Assembly: GCA_964035545.1 (NCBI GenBank)
Contig: OZ037768.1
Location: 6,542,741-6,606,740, forward strand
Direction: 5' to 3'
From: Bugula neritina
Lineage: Eukaryota; Animalia; Bryozoa
DNA length: 64,000 bases
Position 1 is the first letter of the stretch. The number at the start of each line of letters is the position of its first letter. Position numbers and translations under genes: made by a program. The notes beneath the pieces were generated by a model, which was given only the letters and a program-made list of their open reading frames with translations, had not been told where the DNA came from and did no database searches. Positions 13,301 to 24,454 of this stretch are shown in pieces.

Positions 13301-16300
13301 ATCTTAATATGACAGGATATATTAGTTGCATATTTTCTAACAGCCAACTTCTAACCTAATTTTTTAAGGATATTACATGAAATATAGCTTTTTGATATAT
13401 GTTATAAAACTTATACTACCATATCACTGCACTTTCCATTAGCTACGATATTCAGTAATATTTTAATCCCAATTGCACACACTTGGATGCTCAGTGGAGT
13501 TAGGCCATTTAGATTTACGAAAACAATGGAAGTCTAATTTTAACCAAAAAAAAAAAACACTTGAATGAAACAGAACAAGCAGTGCCAGAAAATATTGCTG
13601 GTATTAGCTGGTACAGCGTGTTGAGTGGTGGTTAACACAGCCCGGCCATACCTACCTTACTATCTGGTTCATCTTGAACTGACTCCTCAAACACCTGGAT
13701 GTACATATTATGTTAGTGAGATAAGTATAGTGTCACCTCACACTATTATACAGCTAGAGAGCATATAATTACACTATATTATATAGCTAGCCTGTTTCTA
13801 TCACTATAGAGAAAGGACCTGAAAGTGTGTGGACCGTAAACTTTTTCAACCAATGGCAGAAACACCTAATAATTAATACACTCTATCAACTATTACAAAT
13901 TTCACACGCTGGGTGGAAGTGAAGGTATTTTGAGAGCTGGCAGAAGTGTCATAAAATCCTCTTGAAACAAGAATGAAGGAGATGCAACATGTTGTAAATA
14001 GAAACTTTGCCCTTACGCCACACATTGCCTCAGCTAGAGGAACACTAGCCATAATCATAACTTACTACAGATTTTGACTTGTCTCTCCTGAAGAAAGAAA
14101 ACAACCCTTTCTTCTTTTTCACTTTCTCCAGAGGGTCTGACATCTTCGCTGACGGTGCTGCCATTTTAGTACTTCCTATAGAGCTGATGTCTACCATAGA
14201 CGAGTGAAAAGCAGGAGCTGTGTGATAAATACAGAGCAGTGAAAGAGACCTGTAGTGTTTGGTGCTGAGCATTACATATACCTACCAGTATGATAATATG
14301 CACTAGTGTCAGTATATTGTTGTATGCTATATTTACAATCTACTAGTTTAAGCTTGTTTATACTCCAGTTTATGCTAAAGATTTGAAAGTTTACAAGCGC
14401 TCTATTTGTGACTAGAAATATAACACATTGCTGGCTACAGAGGGTTACAAGGCATATGCTACTGCAGTCAAAGTCAACGCAGAAATATATCCTATCTAAA
14501 GAAAAAAATTAAATGGCTAATCAAAGGCAAAGCAACAATAATATGTGCAATCTATAAAATAATAATAAATCAAATAAAGATACCTGGATCAACATCATCT
14601 GAAAGAAAAATGTCAAAATAATATGATTAGAAAACTTATCAGTAGATAAAACCTTTACTTGACAGGTGTTGAAAGTAACCTGATTAGAATATTTACTAGT
14701 ACCTACATTTAAATCAAACTGTTGACACACAAACCTCTGTGATTGAAAATAGAACGCAAAGCTTGCTACTACGAAGTGTGATTAGATATGAAGAAAGGGG
14801 GTATCAAACCGCTGTTGAGTAGTTTACTACTGGATATACAACACCGAACTGGCAATACTATTCTTCACAACAATGGATATTGGAAAGGCCTTTGTTAGAG
14901 AAATAATTATCCTATTGATTGTGGAACAGTGAAAACATTAGAAAAAACTAAGCCTTATCATGAGCAACCTTCTGTTTCTTACAGCTTAGCCAATAACAAT
15001 ACCTCCATAAAATCAAAGAGGAAATGATTCCAACAGTTAAAAAGCAATCAATGATTGGACAAAAATTTGCAAACACAAATATGACTTGAAGAAAACTAGA
15101 GACATTATTGAAAATAACATGATGAAAAATACAATATCTGGGTCACTACAACTAGCTCTTGCTAGCTAACTGACAAGAAGCACCTGCCATACACAGTTTT
15201 GACACTTAACTGTCAACAACAGCATCATATCCTAATACTTCAACCAAACACTCAAGCATAGAATAAACTAAGTCTTTCTTAAAAATGCTCTAAAGAGCAT
15301 CTTATGAGCTAGTGACATCACAGCTAATGAGAGAGTGTATAATATTTCTATCATATCAGGATACAAGTTCCGAAAAGACATATACCTGAGCACTGGACAA
15401 TGGTAATCTCATTTGTCTGGTAGTCTGAGAGCGACTGTGACATGTCCACAGGTTGGTTTGGCAGTTTCGTCAAACGGACTTCATATCTCGAAGCATCCAG
15501 TCCCTTATCAATGCAGATTTTTCTGAATATATCCATGATAGGCAAGTGTGGGTTGAGCCTCTGAAGGGATTTCACTCCTTTAGGAAGGTTGATTGTCACC
15601 CGAATAGTTGGCTACAAGCCAATAGCACTGCACAGTTAGGAGGGTAGTCAATAGTTAAATACAGTTATATAAGAGATGTGAGCTTTATAAATCCCTAAAC
15701 ATCATCAGTATAGTCTGGGGGAAAGTGTAATGTATTACATAACAATGGTAGAGTGGCTACACAATACACGTAGAATATCCATTACCTCTAGCTAAACCTA
15801 TTAACTTATACATTCTCTGAACTATAAGAAACACACATACACCCAGAGATAAATTATACTATTGTCTTACTACAAATATCTAGCATGTGTAATAAATAGG
15901 GTTGGTAGCTTCTTTGTTAACATGGAAGTTAATGATGCAGAAAAGCAAAACATTACATCTGAATGGTAATTAATTTCTTTCATCAGTATTTCACTGATCT
16001 GTCCCAGAGTTGGCCTCGAATGTTTGAACATTTCACATGCAAGTATCAAATCTCACATTTTTCCTAACTTATGTCTATACCCTAAAAGGTACACTATAAA
16101 TGAGTAGTGCTATAGTTTATACAGTAGTGTTATACAGTAATATTATACAGTAGTAATATACAGTAGTGTTATACAGTAGTGTTATACAGTAGTGTTATAC
16201 AGTAGTATTATACAGTAGTAATATACAGTAGTGTTATACAGTAGTGTTATACAGTAGTGTTATACAGTAGTGTTATACAGTAGTATTACACAGTAGTATT

Positions 16301-19097
16301 ACACAGTAGTATTATACAGTAGTAATATACAGTAATATTATACAGTAGTATTACACAGTAGTATTATACAGTAGTAATATACAGTAATATTATACAGTAG
16401 TAATATACAGTAGTATTATACAGTAGTAGTATACAGTAGTAGTATACAGTAGTAATATACAGTAGTATTATACAGTAGTATTATACAGTAGTATTATACA
16501 GTAGTATTATACAGCTGAAGCCCCAATAAACAGGAAGAATAAGAAAGTAGAGTGTATAAATTATGCTAATTACTGCACACACCTCAAATTTACTAGCATC
16601 TCTTTGCTTTTGAATTTCACTTTCACGCTCCATTTTCTGTGTGATTTTACTAAGAAGGAAGACTCTGTTGACACCGAGGGAGCCAAGGCTTTGACTTGAT
16701 TTATAGTCTACAGTCCGTCCCGTTTCCTCGGACACTACACTAAGACTATGTTCACCTGGTCTCAGCCTGTTACTAGATGTAATCTGAACTAGTAGGTCCA
16801 TCATAGGCACGCTGCAATTCAAACACGGTGATAATAATATTTACAGAGCGCACGCTGCTAACAGATAATTATTTATAAAAGATTACAGGTAAAATTTAAC
16901 CAGAATACTGCAACTTAAAATTGACATATCTAAGAGAAAAGATAACTCCGTGCTAGATATTTGGCTGGAAAATTGACAAGGTTAGACTATTTACAAAACA
17001 CAAGGCACACAAAGGACAATCAATTATAAAAAATAGGAATAAAACATGAAATATAGAGCCTACATTCTGCTAAGTTTGGTTATTAATCCTACATCAACGC
17101 TCTAATATATCAATAGGGGATATCGATATATTCACTGCGACACACATAGGTAGGCTAATTTAGTTGCCAGCCTTTACCAAGAGCTACATTTACATAATAG
17201 AAACTAGTGGGCATGAGATACGAGCCAACACACTACTCTTTCAGCAGACATTTTTGTTGAAATGGGAGAAGAAATGTGCAAACATCACTTTTATTCAAAC
17301 ACAGAACTCATCAGGTTACAAAGATTGAAATTTAGCAAACACAACGTAACTGAAAGCCTAATAGTTTAGAGTTACAGTGAAGGCATCTCAAATGCAAGTC
17401 GAAAATCGTTTCCGATTATGATAACTCCAAACTAAATAACAAACTGTTTTTATTTATCATGGTGGCTAGAATAGATTACACTAAACAAATATGGTGGTAA
17501 ATATTCACATTAATGCTGGTTTCTAGAAAAGACTGTATTTTATTAATAGTCTGAAAGTTTAAATACCAAATGATGTACATGTTATTCAGTACTTTATATC
17601 AGCTTATATTCCCATGTACTGAAAGAACTTGAAGCATAACCAGCCACCGGAAGTAAGCATCAATAGAGCAAACAATTTGAGACGGCCTATTGTTCATTAT
17701 ATGAGTATGTCACTGCTTGAACACGTGATTGTTCACTTACCCACTTCTATAACATTTTCAATTAAGTGCATGGTTAGTAAACTACACTGGGGTTCAAGGC
17801 TAGCAATTGGTAAGATTTATAATGAAACTCAAACTGTGATGTTGCCAAGTAACCACAGTGAGTGTAGTTCAGTCATTCTTCTTCCTCCACATGGTTTCTT
17901 AGGTAACCCGGTGTAATGTGGGAGAGGTTTAGGTAGCCTGCTCGCTACACAACAACTTTGTATGCTTTCCTTCTCTAGCATGTTTTGACAAGCACTCAAG
18001 TGACTTACATATTTTACATGAGATGCACTGTGCAGCATTTTCAAATAGTTGCGGCTGAATTAGAACTTTCTAGCATGAGAAACTGTCCAACTATAAAATG
18101 AGTCAATCACTGCCCACACCAGAAGTTTAAGATCAAACTAAGCAAAGACCTACATTTTGGGAAATTAACTTGAAGCAGCACAAAGTTGGTGGTCAGAGTG
18201 CAGTGGTTGGGGGTTTGGAGTTAGGACAGTGATGACTATATAAACACTGCACTCAATGACCCTAAATTAGTGCTGCTTCTAGCCTTTCCCTACATCTTGG
18301 CACATAGCAAAAGGCGAGAACCAATTAAAAATGTAATGGAGATGGAAGAAAGCTGATTGGTTACTCCATATAACTTACTCGTGTCTCACGTCCATCTTCT
18401 GCACCTGTTTGTTGGGAAGCACCACCGACAGGTTGATGAATCCATTCTCATCTACCACCTCGTTCATATTCACATCACCTACAATGTAAATCGTTAGCAG
18501 ACATTCTATAAATATTCTATAAATTTATTAGTTTCAGTTATGATACTGCTGATAGAAAAAATGAAAGAATAGCATGCATAATTGTTAGTTAGTAATAGAT
18601 GAAGTATTAGTTAGTAATAGATGAAGTATTAGTTAGTAATAGATGAAGTATTAGTTAGTAATAGATGAAGTATTAGTTAGTAATAGATGGAGTATAGGTT
18701 AGTAATAGATTAAGTATTAGCTAGTAATAGATGAAGTATTAGTTAGTAATAGATGGAGTATTAGTTAGTAATAGATGGAGTATTAGTTAGTAATAGATAA
18801 AGTATTATTAACCTCAGTTAATAAGGGAAACCCATCTCTGCATCATTTTTTTTGAAAATCTTATATATATTCAGGTATTGATTTTTCCACAAAGCAATCA
18901 ACGTGTATTAATACAGCTATAATAGCAAATACACAATTTTAAACTGCAAGAATACTATTTTAGTTGCCACTGTGTATAATAAGCTAGGTAATTGAATGTT
19001 ATACAATCAACTAACCTTGCTTGCCTTTGCTACTTCGCTGGCCAGTGCCATCAGCCACCAGCTGTGAGCTACGTCGCACTACCTTGGAATTGCTCAT
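1843..19097 (-). CDS. COBL: Cordon-bleu-like actin regulator (COBL/COBLL1 family), ~24 coding exons
   Basis: Frame-consistent GT-AG exons: 19097-19016, 18478-18379, 16811-16583, 15611-15386, 14217-14066, 13694-13656, 12247-12140, 11421-11318, 10633-10493, ~10300-10186, ~9947-9785, ~9389-9300, ~9062-8868, ~8613-8497, ~8352-8070, ~7940-7815, (7711-7700), ~7182-6959, ~6839-6637, 6006-5257, 5073-4882, (4707-4690), 4353-4229, 3873-3714, 3597-3482, 3257-3098, 2045-1965, 1881-1843. Recognised by the Cobl N-terminal region (NLSVVLPNK..VPMMDLLVQI..RVTINLP..ICIDKG), KKKKGLFSFF, KRAP-like motifs (KKKYKAPAPP, KKKAAPAPPPP) and C-terminal WH2. Confidence 0.85.
3878..4219. repeat. 15-bp minisatellite (ACAGTAGAGTAGTAC)n, ~22 copies, filling almost a whole COBL intron
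   Basis: Directly visible tandem array. The intron is 3874-4228. Confidence 0.95.
4690..4707 (-). CDS. COBL: 18-nt candidate microexon of COBL (NIGESN)
   Basis: ttttcag|AATATTGGAGAAAGCAAC|gtaagtga, phase 0-0 matching the flanking exons. Confidence 0.7.
7700..7711 (-). CDS. COBL: 12-nt candidate microexon of COBL (adds EVMR)
   Basis: ctttgttacag|TGAGGTGATGAG|gtaaga, phase 2-2 matching the flanking exons, no stop. Confidence 0.6.
9513..9725. repeat. Diverged ~110-bp tandem duplication in a COBL intron
   Basis: tacaagacaactgacatacatgta...gtgcagttggtttactgtgatat occurs twice (~9513 and ~9624). Confidence 0.85.
15386..18478 (-). CDS. COBL: COBL exons encoding the Cordon-bleu ubiquitin-like (Cobl homology) region
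   Basis: Spliced translation FINLSVVLPNKQVQKMDVRHDVPMMDLLVQITSSNRLRPGEHSLSVV...PTIRVTINLPKGVKSLQRLNPHLPIMDIFRKICIDKGLDASRYEV..VDMSQSLSDYQTNEI resembles vertebrate COBL LTVVLP..MMDLLV..VRLVVN..SKSL, recalled from memory. Confidence 0.85.
16118..16513. repeat. 14-bp minisatellite (TATACAGTAGTRWT-like)n, ~28 copies
   Basis: Directly visible tandem array in a COBL intron, ~70 nt from the donor at 16583. Confidence 0.95.
18172..18279. repeat. Imperfect inverted repeat, possible MITE remnant
   Basis: GAAGCAGCAC..GGTCAGAGTGCAGTG at the left pairs with CACTGCACTC-AA-TGACC..GTGCTGCTTC at the right. Confidence 0.55.
18585..18806. repeat. 22-bp minisatellite (TTAGTTAGTAATAGATGAAGTA)n, 10 units
   Basis: Directly visible. 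On the COBL sense strand nine units contain TACTAAC. Confidence 0.95.
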
Positions 19098-20764
19098 TCC
19101 ATTTAAGCCTGGGGCGTATCTACGTAAACCAGCCGGAAACTTCTTACTATAAGAGAAACTCTGCAGAAGTAATGTCACTGTGAATAAACTTTAAACTAAC
19201 TGTTGAATCAACTTCAAAACCAATTTGTCCCTTTATATTATTTGTTAATAATAACTTAGCTGTCAATAGCATAAGTAATTGTAAATCACGACATAAATTA
19301 TGCCATTGATGCTTCGCTTGGAAATTATTGATGAACCAGAATAATAGGAAATGTACTGTAGCCAACAAATGTACATCAACACTTACTCTATATCAAGGAA
19401 AAGGTCTACCAAATATGATTTGCCACACAATAGAAATTATATTTCATTTTTCAACTCAGTTCCATTAACGAATTAAACTAAACATCTAATCTGTAAATCA
19501 AAAATTTAAATAACCTTACATGGCTGAAATAATTATCTCCTTTATACATAAATGTAAGACAGTGTATTGTTCTAGATTATCCTGCAAATTTACTAGTAGA
19601 ACCCATAAACTACAAGTGCTAACCGTGTAGCTCCGGCATAACAAGATTGGCCCATGTGTTCATTAATCATAAGTTTGGTTTTTCACAATATAAAAAAGTT
19701 CCACAACTTATTACAATACATTGTAATGCCTAACTAGGTATAGTATTTAACAGTCTACATGTATAGATAGGGAATAGACCTACCTACTAGCCAGTTTGAA
19801 TATCTCCTGCTACTACCACTCCACCACTACTACTACAGCACTACTACTATTACATATACCAAGATATGTCAAGGAATTACCTGGGAGTAAGTCCACGCCC
19901 TATTCTAATTAATCATTATACTAAATAATGATTATTTAACTGAATGAACTATTATACCATTATTAAATTTATTCCTTTCATTAACCCAGTACTGAATACC
20001 TCTATTTCAAAAATTCCAAAATGTTTTTCCACTTGATGTAAAAGGTTTCACAGCAAACCAACATGTAAAGCCTTTCAAATGTCAACAAAGTGAGGTTTAT
20101 TTTATTTCATGTTTAAAACACCGACTTTGGTAGGAAATAGCAATGTAACCAGTCATTTCTCATTAGTATTTATAAACCCCCAGGAAATCCGTTGAAATGC
20201 TTATAAATATGCAACCGACTTCAGCGTTTTAGCCATACAGCATCAGCTATGTCGTGAAGGCACCTTACCTTTTAATCACAATAGAAAGCTCAACAGACTC
20301 AAACAAATTGTAGCTGTTACACAGACCTTTAACTTCAAATCAAGTTGATTTTTCTCAAAATCAAAGCTCGCACAAGACAAAATAGACGAAACTGTGAAAT
20401 ACTCTAGCTTAACTACAATTTAGTAACATATACTGCTTAACTAATTTATTCTTTAGACTTGAAGGCAGATCAGTTTCAAGTGCTATAAACCACTCCTTAA
20501 TCTATACAGAAGAATGAATGAATGTTCAAACAATTGACTGAGAATGTTACTTCATAATAGACCAACTCTATAGTCTCTGCTACTCAATGAATATTTCTCA
20601 AATCCATTTCATTGTAATCGGTGAATGAGTTCACAACCTACCGCCATTTACCTTTATATGTAAAATAGGCTCTAATAGAAGTAATAGTGCTAGGAGTCAA
20701 GGTACTGACATATAACTGGCTAGACGAGTATATGAGTGTATATTATACCTATGGGAACTTTAGA

Positions 20765-21240
20765 GTATAACTGTATAAACTATAATATATACAGCTATAT
20801 TGTATACACCGCTATATTGTACATAATATACTGTATATAATATAATGTATATAATATACTGTATATAATATACTGTATATGGTATACTGTACATAATATA
20901 GTGTTACACTGTATATACAATATTATATTATATATAATATACAGTTATACTGCACATTATACATAGCTATACAGTGTATATACTGTATATACACAATTAT
21001 ACTGTATATATGCTGTTATACTGCATATAAACTGCAATACTGTATATATGTTGTTACAATGTATATATGGTGTCATGATGTATATACACTGTGATGCTGT
21101 AATCTGTATATACATGTATACAGCTATACTGTATATACTGTTATACTGTTAACACACAGCTATACTGTATAATATATACACTGTTATACTGCATATATTA
21201 CACTGTTATACTGCATATACGTATACAGACGTACAGTTAA
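20765..21240. repeat. Degenerate low-complexity TATA/CTGTA repeat tract
   Basis: Recurrent tatactgtata / atatacag motifs. Confidence 0.75.
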
Positions 21241-23575
21241 TACAGAGACACCAACAGTTACTTACTTTACACTCCGAGCCTCCCTACAGTTTTATCAAGG
21301 TATAAAAGCACTTCAAAGATGGTGTAATACAAATATACAAGGTATAATCCTGCGTTCACAGCATTAGATAACAAACATCATTTGATAAGAGAATGACAAC
21401 TCACCACTGCGCGATGTAGTGTATAAAAGAAATATGATACACACGTTTCTATTACTTTACATCATCACCAATGAACTAATAACCCACAATTACAGCAGTG
21501 AATAGAATGCATTGTTACACAAAAAATAGCATTGCTAAATGGAGACTAACTGAAGCAGGCTATGATAAACAGCTGTGGCACTAAACAAGTTATCTGGAGC
21601 AATGATTTGCCACTGAATACCGAGGAGTATCAGCGTTACAAATACTAATTTATAAAACGACACCACTAGTTCACTGTTAACAACTTAGCCTATATATTGT
21701 CACAAATTTGGGTAATATTCATCAATTAAAAAATAAAAAAACATTTTGTATTATTTCAGCCATTATTAAACAGCAGCATTGATCATATTTTCAGCTTATT
21801 ATGCAACTAACTTTATAGCTTAAAAGAATGAATAACTATGATGTCATTACAAATCCTAGAGGCCATGATAGTAGTTTAAAGGTTGATTAGTTATTGACAT
21901 TTGCACAATGAGGCCTATTCAACAATTATTACTGTGGGAATACATTCACACTTTTCATGCCTGTTTATTTATCAAATGTATAGAAATTTATAGCTCCTAA
22001 CATGGTATGGAAATAGAAAATTCATCAAGACTACTGAATAACTAAAGTACACATAGGAATTTACTTACCAATAGTTACTATATATATTCACTGTTCTTCA
22101 GGCATCTAAGATAGAAACATAAATTGATAAGCCAACATGATAATAAACTGCATGAACTAATCATTTGCAGATGGCATCAGGTTAGCAGATGAAAAATTGA
22201 CACATTCCATAACCCATACTTCATAATATCCAGCCTAGTTTTTAGACATTTCTTCAAAAAGATTTGAGCAAACTATTGAGAATTGTCTTCTTTCATAAGA
22301 CATTCAATAAATTATAACACATTGCATTTTTATGATACTAAATATTTGCTTTTGTAAAACCATGTAACATGAGAAATTATAATAATTATCCTTTGAGATG
22401 ATTTTTTTTCAATTTCTAACTAATTATTTAAAATTTCTTTGAGAAGTAATTCCATCAATTATTATAACAATTATAACAATACAGGTGTATGTTGCAAATA
22501 AGAACTTTCTGGTTCTGGAGAAGTTTTACTCATTACATTAGTTTTTCACTGCCTTGAAGATATTATTTTATTTATAACATCAAAACTTTGTCTTCAAACA
22601 GATAAAAAAATTCTTTATCAAACTTGTGAGAGGTAAATATTAATAGAAATGACATATTGTTGTTCTATTACTGGTTACAGTTTGTTTCTAATCCACAGCC
22701 AAATGTGCCAAAATTTTGATGATTATTACTGAGAAAGCAAATATATATTTTGTGAGCAGTAAATGGTGGTTTGTTTCCTAATCAGCAAAGGACAAAGTTC
22801 TACGGGGCCACAGCTCTATATGAACTGAAATAAACCTATGGTTACCTAAGAATATCCTAAAAAAAGTGTGTTGATTCAAGCAAGAGTGCTAGGTATGTAT
22901 ATCGTATACATGTATTACATGCAGATCACAAGTTTCTTAAAAAAACATGTTTAAAAATGCAAAAAAAAGTAAGGAGGCTGTACCCAAGAAGCTATGGTTC
23001 AATGAAAATGCAATACTTTTACGACAAAAGCAGCTAATCAGCAACTCAAACACATTTGACATAGTATGACTATTACAAAATATTTTTATTAAATATATCA
23101 CCACTGCGACTAATTTCTAACTCAGAGTGATAGTCATTGCCTATAAGTCTCTGATTATTGATTTAAGCGGTGGTGATTAAGGTAGTCTAAGATAGCCAGT
23201 GAGTGGGTGAAAATAAAATAATAATAATATTTATTTTTACAGCACTTGCCATAATAAATGAATGATGGTCTGTAGCACTAGCTGTAAATTATAACGTTAA
23301 ACTTCAAGTAAATTATTTTGCTACATTTCTAATCTAGAACACAGGCTTGTCGCAATTTAAAAAGTAATAGTCTAATACAGTAATACTTATAGTTGTACTA
23401 AATTACTTATACTTGAAGTTAATCTTATACTGTACTTACTCTTAGAGTTGGACTTACTCTTAGTAAGTTCAGCTGGTGTTATTTATAGCTATACTATTAG
23501 TATTACTTCTATTAGTATTAATAAAATTAAAATATTTATAACAATACTAAATTAATATTATTATTTATAACTCAC

Positions 23576-23745
23576 CTCGTAGACGATAGAACACTCAATG
23601 TCACCGTTATGGTGCAAACGTGGAGCGCCTCTTTGGTTAGTGATAAATGTCAGTATGAGTTAGTATAGCAGCATGTAGCTGTTTATTGTTGTGTGTTAGT
23701 TGACCTTAGCTTCAAATCTCTCACACTGCGTGGGAGAAAACTGTT
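23576..23745 (-). other. COBL: Probable upstream non-coding first exon / distal promoter of COBL (5' end uncertain)
   Basis: Strong donor GAG|GTGAGT at 23576/23575 within a locally CpG-containing segment. The phase-1 frame contains a TGA, so it is probably 5' UTR, and translation could start at ATG AAC GAG in exon 18478-18379. Confidence 0.4.
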
Positions 23746-23794
23746 AAAATAGACCTTGCTCGCAGCATAGATATATTAAGTTCAACTATTATAT

Positions 23795-24382
23795 TGTAAT
23801 GGATTTTAACGCTCTAGTAATTATATCGCGTCACTATTATAATGGACTTAGCGTAACTTTGTAAATACTGTAAATGCTATAATTATAGCTAAGCTCCTTG
23901 CGTAGCTTTCTAATGCCTCAAATATTGTAATTATAGCTAAGCTCTTAGTGTAGTAAATAGCGTAATGATTGTGAATTGCCCTTCCTATTATTTTTTTGTT
24001 TGTTCACTGTAATAGTTTTTGTGAGTTGTATCCCCTGCCACTTTTCTTTTTGTTTTATAAATAATTAACTATGTGAGCCGAAGCTCGTCCGAAGTCGGAA
24101 CCGATGTCGGAGGAGCCTGTCCGAGATCGGGCCGGATATTTCCGACATCGGTCGCCGGAACTCCGGACTTCGTACGAGTTTCGGACCCCCTCAAGTGGCG
24201 GGAAATTCCCTGTATATAAGCGTGAGTTTTTCTAGTATGAATCAGTCTAACACTGGAGCTCGCAGAGGAAACATCAATAAAGACTATTAGAATCAATATT
24301 TTACAAAGACTTTTATTCAACAATTACAAGTATTGGCATGCAGACTACTTGTCTATCTCATTAAACCCGCAAAATCACAACA
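23795..24382 (+). repeat. 5' LTR (588 bp)
   Basis: TGTAATGG...CACAACA, repeated at an offset of 6391. The antisense 84-aa ORFs in the two LTRs translate identically. Confidence 0.97.
24197..24281 (+). promoter_or_regulatory. LTR core promoter and polyA signal: GGCGGGAAA (E2F-like, 24197-24205) overlapping GGGAAATTCCC (NF-kB-like, 24200-24210), TATATAA (24213-24219), TCAGT Inr (24242-24246), AATAAA (24276-24281)
   Basis: Consensus matches with ~30-bp TATA-to-Inr spacing. Same motifs in the 3' LTR at +6391. Confidence 0.65.
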
Positions 24383-24383
24383 T

Positions 24384-24401
24384 TGGTGGCAGCGGTGGGA
24401 T
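24384..24401 (+). promoter_or_regulatory. Primer-binding site for tRNA-Leu
   Basis: TGGTGGCAGCGGTGGGAT, one base after the LTR, is the reverse complement of ATCCCACCGCTGCCA-CCA, the 3' end of metazoan tRNA-Leu(AAG-type). Confidence 0.9.
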
Positions 24402-24454
24402 GAGAATAGACTAGTACGACAAGCAGCCATTAGAGAGAAAGAAAGAACAGCACA

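Noticed and set aside
18585-18806. Regular 22-bp repeats as a CRISPR array
   Set aside because: No unique spacers, no cas genes, eukaryotic intron.
24078-24184. Hammerhead ribozyme / retrozyme in the LTR
   Set aside because: No CUGANGA core on either strand of the structured segment.
24069-24323. 84-aa antisense ORF in both LTRs
   Set aside because: Non-ATG start and no recognisable domain. It is open mainly because it crosses the GC-rich foldback, and identity between copies only reflects LTR identity.
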